From positions 62,001-126,000 of the forward strand of contig CM060733.1 of the NCBI GenBank assembly GCA_030704615.1: DNA of 64,000 nt, given 5' to 3'. This DNA comes from Takakia lepidozioides. Lineage: Eukaryota > Plantae > Bryophyta. A program made the position numbers and the translations under genes. Below the pieces are notes generated by a model. That model ran no database searches and was not told the origin of the DNA. It saw nothing but the letters and a program-made list of their open reading frames with translations. Shown here one piece after another: positions 47,578 through 59,266 of this stretch; position 1 is the stretch's first letter, and each line of letters starts with the position of its first letter.

Positions 47578-48926
47578 ATGAAGAGGGAACTCGGCCAATC
47601 GAATCCTGAAATGGCCCCCTCAAATGACATGGAGAGGGAGGCGAGAACTCCCTTGTACGAAGGGGCGAAAGTGAGTCGACTTTCAACAATCTTATGTTTG
47701 CCGATCAATCTTCAAATTCGATTTGGCATAAGTAATGTTGGGATGTCTGCCATAATGCGAACTATTGCAAACTATATCCTTGCTCCACACTTGTCACGAT
47801 CGCGGAAAGAGGCGCGCGAAGTCTTGGACTCTGTGGGGATGGGCTATAAGATTTTTCATGCATGTCCATGTGATAAAACCCTATACTACGGAGAGGATTC
47901 GCATCTCACCAAGTGCCCAAAGTGCAATAAAGACCGATATCGGGATGATGTCCAAGGGAAAAAAGTACCACGCAAGGTATAAGCGCCATTCCCCCTCGCA
48001 TGGAGATTACTTTCTTTAATCTTCTTAATGTATGTAAAGTGTATTCCACAAAGTTTAGGGTTTAGAGAGTAGTACTCATGCAAGATCTGATTGTGGTTTT
48101 GGAAGGAGTGAGTGAGGAGTGGAAGGAGCGACGTTCGGTTTTGACCATTCACACCCAAATGAGGGAGAGGCTGCATAAAGGGAAAGACATAAGGGTGTTG
48201 TATTATGTGTGCTAATGGGATGATTACATGTGGGGGGCGTGGGGTATTTCATCCTAGAAAATGCATTACTTTCCGATCATCCCGCGATTGAGGGCACAAT
48301 ACCGAAGCCCCGAATTGGCCAGACTCATGAGATGGCACGCCTCGCATCGGAGCCCCGCAGGAAAGGCGTGCGGGCCACAAGATTCACAAGCATGGAGGCA
48401 TATTGAAGAGATGTGGCATTTTCTCTTGGAGGACCCACGACATGTCCACCTCGGCTTCTCCTCGGATAGGGTCAACCCATTCTTTGTCCAGTCATGTAAT
48501 CATTCCACTTGGCCGGTGACCATGGTGAATTACAACATCCCTCCGTATCTTTCAATTAAAAAAGGCCATATCGTGTTGGCTGCCATTGTGCCAGGTGAGT
48601 GTACTCATTTCATGTTTATTATTGCATTAGACTTTACATTAAACTTATGATCTCTGACGCAATTCGGATGCAAGATTGATGAGTGACATAATCATGGAGT
48701 AAGACGTGTAATTCATTTTGTAGTATAGTTTGCATATTGATGGAGCATTGAAACAATGATGTGAATGTCTCATAGGGAAAAAACAAGTGACAAACATGGA
48801 CACGTACTTGCGACCTCTTGTTGATGAACTTAAGGAGCTATGGAGGGGGGTCCCGGCATTGGATGCTTCACTTGACCCTATGGCCGGACAATCTTTTCAG
48901 ATGAGAGGCATCTTGCTTTGGACAAT
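47578..48926 (+). pseudogene. CACTA Tnp2 (Transposase_21) transposase, 5' exons
   Basis: TPLYEGAKVSRL, HACPCDKTLY..KCPKC, HYFPIIPRL, DSQAWRHI, NPF..STWPV..YNIPP, DTYLRPLVDELKELW. LLWT/MHDYP is split by the retroelement. Confidence 0.9.
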
Positions 48927-51900
48927 TGTCGCGGCCCTTGGCCTTGAGGGCAGGGGGGTCGGGACACAAGAGGGGCTGCCCCTGTGGTGGGGGCAGTGGC
49001 AGCGATAGGTATGGGGGGCTGAAGCACCCTTGAGTGCCCAAGGCACTCAAGGAGGCGGAGGCGCTCACTAGGTGGAGCCCCGCACACCGGGTTGCGGTGG
49101 GGGTGGTTCCACAAGGGGTGGTGGTAGCTTAGCGGGACTTAGTGGGGGTGGCATAGGACTCACCCTGGGGCGGAGACCTCGTGGTGGGAGTCGTGGAGAG
49201 TCTTGGGACTCATCACGGTCCATAGGGGCCGTGGTGGGTGGGCCAAGACTCACCGCGACTCATCACCGGGAGTCGAGGGTGTTCGTGGTGGTTCGCCATA
49301 AAATGGCATGGTTGTTTGTGAAACCCCCGCGGACAACTACAGAAGTATATATAGGGAGTAGTAACCCCGAGAACGGTGCAACCCCGTTGGTGACCAAAAA
49401 CTAGTGAGCGAGCGAGCGAGCCGGAAAGCGACCAAAGAGTGGGGAGCTGTTCCGGACTGCCAACTACCAAAGGGAATTCCGCTGGTTCCAAATCATTAGA
49501 GGGTTCTTTGGGAGATCAAAGGGGGACCGTTATGCCCCGGTGAGCAGCCGAAGCTCCAGGTTGGCCCGGCGGCCAGGTTGGGAGTTAGGCGCGCGCATCA
49601 AGCGAGCGACTATGACTTGAGGGGGGAGCTCACTGAAGTGAGGTGCGCGATCGTCCTTGGGATTGGCCTCATCATGGGGTCGGGCAAGCCAAAGCGAAAG
49701 TAGAACGACCCAAAAGATGATGATCCTGGTGAGCCCGATGGGGGCGACGTGTCACCGAGGCGGCCGTTTGAGAAAGCGATGCATGTTTCCAAAAACGAGG
49801 CTGCTCAAGAGCGGGATGAATCTGAGGAGTCGGAGCCTGAGGAATCCCTGAGAGCTCCGACCGACCAACAGATGTCTCCCATGCCGGCAGCCTTTTGGGA
49901 AGGGTTGTTGGCGCAATTTGGCGGGACATTAAAAGACGTGTTGAAGGCGGCTAATGCCACTTCCACTAAGGCAAAATTTAAGGTGAAGCCTAAGGAACCC
50001 GGCACCTTCGAGGGCGTCCAAAATCGGAAGGCACTCAATACCTGGCTCTTGGAGCTAGAGCAGTACTTCTGGGCAGCCAAGTTGAGTGATGAGGATCGGG
50101 TGGAAGTGGCTCCCACCTATTTGAGGGGCTATGCTCAACAATGGTGGCAGAAACACCTTCACAACCGAGGTCCAAGCCCGGAAACCTTGAATTGGAGTGG
50201 GTTCAAGGAATTGATGAAGAGGCAGTTTGTGCCCCTCAACGCGTCCTGGCTCGCCCGGGACAAGATGAGGAATTTGAAGCAAACAGATGACATTGGGGTA
50301 TATGTTCTTGCTTTCAATGTGCTGTTGCTCAAAGTCGCGGACATGGCAGAACCAGAAATGGTCTTCAACTTTGTGGCGGGACTGGCCCCATGGGCCAGGC
50401 GGAAGTTGGAGGAGAAGCCACCTAAGACTTTGAACGAGGCAATTGAGAGGGCTGAATGTTTCTCAGATGTCCCTAAGGGTGAAAGACAAGGCCGTACGGA
50501 GCTGAACCACAAGAAGACCCGGCGGGAAGGTGACTCCTTCCGATAGGAAAAGAAGTGGGATAGGCCACGCGGCGACAATGGCACGTGGAAATCAAAGGGA
50601 GGGCCTTCACAAGTCAAGGCGGCACCCGGTGTTTCGAAAAGAAAAGCGGGTGGAGCGGCTTATGGCGGACAGAAGACGACCTTTGATGGAGTGTGTTTCA
50701 ATTGCGGGGAGCCCGGGCACATGGCCAAGAAGTGCAAGAAGCCCCGACAATTGAACATGACTCGGGCGACCACAGAGCTGTCGGAAGATACCATCAGTCG
50801 CTTGGTGGAAGCGGTGGTCGCCAAGACTTGCAAGGTAGGCAAATTTTCTTGTGAGTTGTATCAGGAAACTGACGCCTTACGTAAAGGGAGTCAGTTATTG
50901 TTCGTGGATGGGATAATATCTGGAACTAACGTGTCGTTGTTGGTGGACACAGGAGCGTCGCACTCCTTCATGACACTGGCAACGACACAAAAGCTGGGAC
51001 TCCCGACAAGTGACGTGGGGGCCTCTATTGAGGTGCGTTCTGCCAAAGGAGAACCGCAATTGCGACAATGTTGGCGTTTGATGTTCCTCTTCAACTGGGG
51101 AGTTGGGAGGGACGTGAGAACTTCACCATCTGCGAGATCGATGGAGTGGATCTCATTCTGGGGATGACCTTTTTGAGCAAATCCGGAGCAGTCATAGATG
51201 GCCGCAAGAGAGTAGACACGCTGCCATGTGGGAATGGTGGCGAGGTCTTACGAGTGTCGGAGACGCCCAAACCCGTGGGAGGGCGAATAAACCTTCTGTC
51301 AGCAAGGGAGTGGGCCGTAGGGAGGCACACGAGCCCAGTTTTTGCTCTCATTAGAGAAGTGAAGGGAAAAGGCGATGGGGAGCCGAGCCTAGATTGGATC
51401 AAGGGGATTTTTGAGAAATACCAGGATGTGATGCCGGAGGATTTACCAAGCGACTTGCCACCACGAAGAGGAGTTGACCACAGGATTGAGGTGATACCGG
51501 GATCGGAACCGCCTGCCAAGGCGCCCTACCGGTTGAGCCACAGAGAGTTGGTCGAGCTGAAGACTCAGCTCAAAGATCTAATGTCAAAGGGGTACATCCG
51601 ATCGAGTAAGTCACCTTACGGAGCCCCGGTGCTATTCGCAGACAAGAAGGATGGGACGCTGCGGATGTGTGTCGATTACAGGGCTTTGAATAAGGTGACT
51701 ATCAAAAACCGGTACCTTTGCCAAGGATCGACGACCTTTTCGATCGGTTGGCAGGAGCGAAGTATTGCAGCCGGATCGATCTGCGCTCCGGCTATCATCA
51801 AATTCGAGTGGCGGAAGGAGATGAGGAGAAGACCGCGTGCAAGACAATGTATGGTTCATATGAGTTCTTGGTGATGCCTTTTGGACTCACCAACGCTCCC

Positions 51901-54900
51901 GCGACCTTTAGCACGCTGATGAACAGCCTTTTCCAGGAGTGGTTGGATGACTTCGTGATTGTGTACATCGACGACATTTTGGTGTATTCGAAAACAAAAG
52001 AGGAGCACCTGGAGCACCTCAAAAGGGTGTTCCAGAAATTGCGGGAAGGAAAGCTGTATGCCAAAGCTTCAAAGTGCGAATTCGGGGTCACAAAAATGGA
52101 GTTCCTGGGGCATGTGATTACACAGGATGGGATCAGAATGGATGACAGGAAGGTGATGGCAATCTTGGACTGGGAGCCTACGACTTCGGTCCCGGGAGTG
52201 CGATCCTTCCTAGGACTCGCCTCCTATTACCGGAAATATGTGAGAAATTTCGCCAAGATCGCGGGCCGCTGTCAGACCTTCTGTGTAAATCCAAAGTCTG
52301 GGCATGGAACACCTTTTGTGGCCAAGCTTTTGCTGAATTGAAGCAGCGGATGGCGGAAGCTCCTGTCTTGAAAATCCCGGAGTTCGATCGTCCGTTTGAG
52401 ATTCATACAAATGCGTCGGACTTCGCGATTGGGGTGTACTGATGCAAGATGGACGTCCAGTGGCTTACGAAAGTAAGAAACTGAATGAAGTGGAGCGACG
52501 GTGGCCGACGCACGAGAAAGAGATGAAGGCGGTGGTGCACTGTCTTGAGTTTTGGCACCACTATGTTGGTTCCAACCCAGTGAAGGTGTTCACGGACAAT
52601 GTCACGGTGAAGTATTTTGCCACGCAGCCCAAGTTGTCCCCAAAACAACTTAGGTGGCAAGATACTTTGGCGGTGTTCAACGTGGATATCCAGTACAAAC
52701 CAGGACGGGACAACGTGGTGGCCGATGCTTTAAGTAGAAAGCAACAGCTCTTGTTGGTGTATAAGGGCGAGACGACGCTCCAAAGGAAGATCCGGAAGGC
52801 TTGCCGGAAGGATGAGCTGGCGAAGTCCGTGATGCAGGACTTGAGGATGAGGGTTAAATCGCAGTTCCACTTGCAAAATGGACTGCTCCAGTATAAGCAA
52901 AAGCGTCTCTACGTGCCGAAGGGAGGGATCAGAGATAGCCTCTTGAGAGAATGCCATGATAGCCCGCTTGCGGGCCACGGCGGAGCCAGCGCACTGCGGC
53001 ACTCTTGAAGAAAGAGTATTTCTGGCCCAAACTGAGGGAGGAGGCAGAGGAGTATGTCAAGACATGCACCACATGCCAACAAAACCGGAGCGAGTACAAA
53101 AAGCAAGCGGGGCTGTTACAACCCTTGCCGATTCCAGAGGGGACTTGGGAAAGCGTCTCGATGGATTTCATGACTGCATGCCGCTGTCAAAAGAATTCGA
53201 TGCAATCATGGTGGTGGTGGATAGGTTCAGTAAAATGGGCCATTTCATCCCCACCAAGGAGACGGCAACGGCGCAGGAAACATGACGACTTTACTTTGCC
53301 CACGTCTTAAAGCATCATGGAGTCCCGAAGGATATTGTCTCGGACCGCGATCCAAAGTTTACAAGTAAATTTTGTAGGGCACTTTGGAAGAAGATGGGGA
53401 CGAGGCTGAAGATGAGCACCACCGCCTTCCGACCTACGACCGACGGCCAAACAGAAAGAGTGAATTCCGTAGTGAAGCAGATCTTGCGGAATTACGTGTC
53501 GGCAGACCAAACAGACTGGTGGAACACTTAGACGCGGCAGAGTTCTGTTATAATAACACAGAACACTCCGCAACGGGAGTTTCCCCTTTCGTATTGGTCT
53601 ATGGAAAAGCACCTCTGGTGCCGACAAGTTGGACCGCCCAGGACGTTGAGGAACCGGCAGTAGCGGCGGTACTGGAAGAACGCGAGCGTTTGTTGAAGCT
53701 CGCAAAGTACAACATTGCCAAAGCTAGGAAACGGTATGAAAGGCAGGCGAATCGGAAGCGGAGGGAAGTGAAGTTTGAGGCAGGCACGGAGGTCTGGTTG
53801 AACATCAAGAATTTCCGACTACCTCCGGAAGTGAGTCCAAAGTTCGTACCTCCGTATGCGGGACCCTTTCGCATCCGGAAGGTTATGAATGAGGATGTGT
53901 ATGAATTGGAGCTGCCGGCAAACAGCAAGGTGCATCCAGTATTCCACGTCTCCCTTTTGAAGCCTTACTTCAAAGATGAAGCGCGTCCGAATCGGCATCA
54001 AGTGTTGCGTCTGCCACCTGTGCTGTTGGATCATGAAAATGAACCTAAGTACGAGGTGGAGGCAGTACTTAAGTCGAGGAGGTTCAAGAACCGAGAAACA
54101 GAGTATCTCGTCAAATGGAAGGGCTATCATCATGTGGAGGCATCTTGGGTGTGCCTCAGAAATGGGAAACGCATCCGAGGCGGTTGCAGTTTTCGAAGGG
54201 CGACCTCAAAAGCGGAAGAAGCGTTGATGGGGACATCAACCTTGGAGCGTGGGGGAGGAAATGCATGCTTAGCCCGGCTTAGCTAGCTTAGGAATCTGAT
54301 TGCAAAAACTTGTATTGTACAAAAATTTGTTATAAAGGAAATGGGTTCCAAATGTTGTGCGTCCTATTTTGTTTGGAATGGTGATGCATGGTGTGGTTGG
54401 CTAGTGTGTAGAATGCATGCTATTTTACAAAAGTGGGAGAGGTAAATTGGGTTAATCGTGTGTTTGCGCAGTGCCAAAATCGGGTGACTCCCATCCAAGG
54501 GGCAAGGAAACTTGCGCCTTCTTTAGGAGTTCACGTGCTAGTGCGCACCTGGCGCGTGCGCATACTATAACTGCGCTACCGAGGGGGTTGCTTTGTAGTG
54601 CGGGCTAACGCGGAAGCTACGTGCTTCCGTTCACGTACTATAATCGTGTAGCCTCGGGACGAAGTCGTAGTGCGGCTTCGGCGTGTTCCCGTACCTCAGG
54701 CCAGCATTCCAAGGCGGACCCAATTGTAGTGATTGGGGCGCGCGGTTGGTTCAAGGTTATCTTCCTAGTCAAAGAGGGTTCGAGGTGAACCCTTGCTCAA
54801 GGTGATGCCAAAAGCGGCATCATGAGCGGTCGCAAGCAATGTTGTTGCAGTAAGGCGATTCGATCCTCGGGGAGGATCGTTCCTTGGCCTTGAAGTAGGC

Positions 54901-55859
54901 CAAGAAGAGTGCACTGGGAGGAGCTTGAGAGGCTCCACCCTTGGCCGGGACTTGGAGGAAGTCGGCCGAACTAGCTAGTGGAGAGTAGAGTCAAGTGTGG
55001 GGTTTGGTTCTTTGCCATGGGACGCCATGGTACGGAAACAAACTCCTTGATGTGGGACGCCACAACTTGGATGTTCGTTTCTACAAAATGGACAAGCCGA
55101 TGAGGACATCGACTCCCTGTTGGTAGGGGTGTGTGTCGCGGCCCTTGGCCTTGAGGGCAGGGGGGTCGGGACACAAGAGGGACTGCCCCTGTGGTGGGGG
55201 CAGTGGCAGCGATAGGTATGGGGGGCTGAAGCACCCTTGAGTGCCCAAGGCACTCAAGGAGGCGGAGGCGCTCACTAGGTGGAGCCCCGCACACCGGGTT
55301 GCGGTGGGGGTGGTTCCACAAGGGGTGGTGGTAGCTTAGCGGGACTTAGTGGGGGTGGCATAGGACCCACCCTGGGGCGGAGACCTCGTGGTGGGAGTCG
55401 TGGGGAGTCTTGGGACTCATCACGGTCCATAGGGGCCGTGGTGGGTGGGCCCAGACTTACCGCGACTCATCACCGGGAGTCGAGGGTGTTCGTGGTGGTT
55501 CGCCATAAAATGGCTTGGTTGTTTGTGAAACCCCCGCGGACAACTACAGAAGTATATATAGGGAGTAGTAACCCCGAGAACGGTGCAAGCCCGTTGGTGA
55601 CCAAAAACTAGTGAGCGAGCGAGCGAGCCGGAAAGCGACCAAAGAGTGGGGAGCTGTTCCGGACTGCCAACTACCAAAGGGAATTCCGCTGGTTCCAAAT
55701 CGTTGGAGGGTTCTTTGGGAGATCAAAGGGGGACCGTTATGCCCCGGTGAGCAGCCGAAGCTCCAAGTTGGCCCGGCGGCCAGGTTGGGAGTTAGGCGCG
55801 CGCATCAAGCGAACGACTATGACTTGAGGGGGGAGCTCACCGAAGTGAGGTGCGCGACA
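48927..55859 (+). mobile_element. Ty3/Gypsy chromovirus copy 2, nested in the CACTA transposase
   Basis: LTRs 48927-49650 and 55134-55859. TSD ACAAT at 48922-48926 and 55860-55864. Same family as 21901-28865; PBS deleted. Confidence 0.96.
49674..54227 (+). pseudogene. Gag-Pol of chromovirus copy 2 with chromodomain; stops and frameshifts
   Basis: Same motifs as copy 1 (VDTGASH, YIDD, EYLVKWKGY); premature TAG codons at ~49701 and 50544. Confidence 0.93.
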
Positions 55860-55864
55860 ACAAT

Positions 55865-57814
55865 GCATGATTATCCAAGTATATTATGTTCCCCATGAAC
55901 AACCCGCGTACATTCACTTGTCAATGCCGGATAATATCGATGAGGATTGGGATTGATTGAAGTAGCGACGACAGTCTTGTGCACCGTAGTGGGGTAGATG
56001 ACATTATGGGCCAGTCTTTGTGGGTGGGGATATATGTAGGACATGAAGATTCGCCATCTTCTAGATCCCATGCATATTGAGAAGAATGTCTGCTCGTCTT
56101 TTTTTCGGGTTCTTCATGGCACGCCGACAAAGAAGGGAGTGGCTGCAAAAGGAGATTATCTCGGTGTTAGAAAGGAGCTTGAGGAGCAGGGTCGCATGCG
56201 CCATCTATGGGCCGAACAAAATGGTGTGGACCCAAAGGGTGTTGTACGGTGGAAGTATAGGCGCGTACCTTGGCAATGGACAAAGGAGGAATACAAGAAA
56301 GTGATAGCCACCATAAGTGCTGTCCAAACACCAACTAGTTATGGGTCATCCCTCCGTACGAAGTTCAACGAAGAAGACGGGGTCCATGGTTTGAAGTCTC
56401 ATGACTACCATAATCTATTGCAAGACATCTTGCCCATTGCAGTACGTGGGACATTGACTCCCGAGGTTCGTGAGACAATCTATAGATTGGGAGGCTTGTT
56501 CCGGTGGATTTGCTCCAAAGAGTTGGAAGAAGCAGATTTTCCACGCATGAAGAAGGAGGCGGCAGAGGTAATGTGTATGTTGGAGATGCACCTTCATCCC
56601 TCCTTCTTTGACATCCAAGTGCACTTGGTAGTGCACTTAGTGGAAGAGGCTTCGATTGCCGGCCCCGTTCATTCTCGGTGGATGTACTTCCTTAGCGTTA
56701 TATGAAGACTTTGAAAGGATTTATAAGACAAATGGCGCATCCAGAGGGTAGCATGGCGGAGGGGTATACGTTGCAAGAAACTATGTTCTATTACATGGAG
56801 TACATGGCAAGGGTGGATGAGGAAGCCCATCGGATGTGGAAGGAAGATGAGGATGCACGAACCAATGACATCGTTTTGCCCAAAAAATCGAAGAGGGTAA
56901 AATTGCCGACCTTGGTGATTGAGCAAGCGCATGACTTTATACTGAAGAACACCCCATCCATACATGAGTGAGAGGCAAGATACAATAATCTTGTTCAGCA
57001 ACGAGAAGAGGAGATGCTTGCATGGAGGCGGAACCATCCAAGGCCGGATACTAGACACCCACGACGAGGAGCGGGCCGCCGGAATGTTCCTTCACAAAAT
57101 TTGCCCATGGAATTGCAGCCTCTAAGTTCATTCCAACAGTGGCTTCGGACTTCAGTTTATGACGCCGTTGCTCAAGGAGAGGTGGTTTCAGATTTGGTGC
57201 AAGACATTGCAAGGGGCCCCTCTCAATTCGCGACCTCATACACGGCGGTTTGGATTCACGGTCGTCATTTCCACATTCGTGCTCTTGACATGAAGCGCAA
57301 AACAACCTTTGATTCTGGCTTGTGTGCCACATATTGGCAAGACTACGTGTGGGGCAAGGGAGATACACAACCTGCTATGAGCAAACTTGAGTACATTGGA
57401 GAGCTTGAGACCATACTCCAACTTCAGTATACAAGGTACCAGCCTCTTCTCTTCAAGGGAAGGTGGTACCAGCCACATCTTGTGGGGCCCTCCGAAACAC
57501 TAGTGCAAGATGATTGTGGTTTCATGCGCGTCAATGCAGATAGGCTCAACCCTACTCATCGTCCCTCCGATGAGCCTTTTTCACAGCCTTCAGACATGGA
57601 GCAAGTTTTCTTCTCCGATGACAAAACAAGAGGGGGGAATTGGAAGGTGGTTGTGCATGCTCAGCCAAGAGGAAGAAGTATCTATCATGGTCTCGGATCT
57701 CCATGGGGTGAGGCAATTGCGGTGGATGGAGAGACTGGTCATAATGATGCTGATGATGGAGGTTGGGTAGAGGGGGTAGAAGAGGATGATGATGCCCCGG
57801 ACAATGCATCCTAG
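55865..57814 (+). pseudogene. CACTA transposase 3' part (DUF4218 and DUF4216 regions), followed by an acidic tail
   Basis: RHLLDPMHIEKNV, GLKSHDYH, FFDIQVHLVVHL..GPVHSRWMY, HPEGSMAEGY, YIGELETILQLQY..LFKGRWY, EPF..QVFF..WKVV. Confidence 0.9.
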
Positions 57815-59266
57815 ACCCTATATGATGAAGCTCTAGAAGATACGGATGTTGGAGAAGGAGACGAAGACACGACAATTGACAACGAGGTGGAGGATGATTC
57901 GGAGGTGCCTTTTGAGGGCCGGACCATTTATGACGATGACTCCGATGATCAAGAAGACTTGCAGCTTGATGAGAATGAAGAGGCTCCGGATGATGATGTT
58001 CAAGTTGATTAGACACAAAATCAAAGCTACATAACAATTCTCGCACCGAACTGGACCCATCCCTTCAATTGATTGTACATGTACATGCATATTGTACTTT
58101 ATTTCTATCATTGATCAAATATGGCTGTGGCTGGTAGTCTTTCAAGAAAGAAGGCAAAGGCAATGAATATGTTGGAGCAACACATACAGATCTGGTATCA
58201 AGAGAATTATCAAAATGAATGTCACAATCTACAAGAAGGTCCACAACAACAAGCTAAACCATAAAGAAAAACAAACACCCTACCCCAGTACCATATGAAA
58301 AAAAAAAAAAAACTAAGAACCCCCAAAGGCCCTAAACCTAAACCTAGAAAGCCCTGTCGTCGCTACCTGCGACCCCCACGCGTCGCCACTTGCGAGGCGG
58401 TTTTTAGGATTTATGAGGCCGGGGGTCGCAAACGGCGACGGCCAACCGTCGCAAACGACGACCTATTTTTTTGAATGGATTTATGAGGCATGGGGGGTCG
58501 CAAACGGCGACGGCCGGCCGTCGTAGGGGCCTTTTGCCCTTCATGCCACCATGCGATGGCCTGGCGTCGCAAGAAAGGGTTGCGATGAAATAAATGGCAA
58601 GAAAGGTTTTTTTTTTTTTCCGGCGTGCGCCGACCGGCCATCGCCAAAAAGTGCTGCCTTCTGCCCTTCGCTAGGGACGATGCTTGGGCGTCGCACGAAA
58701 GGGTTGCCATTTTCCCTTCATCACTCCGTGCGACGGCCAGGCGTCGCCGCCTGGCCCCGGCACCAGGTGGCGACCCGCGGGGTTTGGCTGCGACGGCCCG
58801 GCGTCGCAAACACGCTCCGCGGGGTTGGCATCGCACATTCGGCACCGCGCGGGGCGTGGGGGCGCGGCTGGTGTCGCAAACCCCCCCCCCCCCCCCCCCC
58901 CCATTTGTTGTAGTGAGCATAAGAACTAGTGTGATAAGTAGGGTTGGGGTGTTTGCTGGAACAATTCTCGAGCTCTAGCTGCAAGACAAGGATGTATGCA
59001 TGATTTGTGCAGAGGCATGGATAGCTGAAGGAGCAGGGATAGAGAGTGGGTCCAGATTCATCCAAGAGGGCCGGATTTCAAGCTCCAGATTACCTATGAT
59101 TCTCTGTGGATCAGTAGCTACAAGAAACCTGCATGGGCAGATGGTTAACTAAAGGCAGCAGCTGCAGCGGCACAGTTGATAAAATCAGGCACCTCAACCA
59201 CGACCAGAACTTCTGAAAGAGGATTAAGAGAGGATCCACAATGCCTCTTCTAGCACTTTTGGGCAT

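Larger units (their letters stand above)
44019..58915 (+). mobile_element. CACTA/En-Spm DNA transposon (~8 kb excluding the nested retroelement) with SET-domain cargo
   Basis: Right end TTGTAGTG followed by AGC. The left end is a degenerate (AG)CACTTAGGGGAAAAAAAAGG. TGCGAC/GTCGCA subterminal repeats at both ends, a long inverted match 44310-44435 vs 58255-58352, and Tnp2 transposase exons. Confidence 0.88.
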
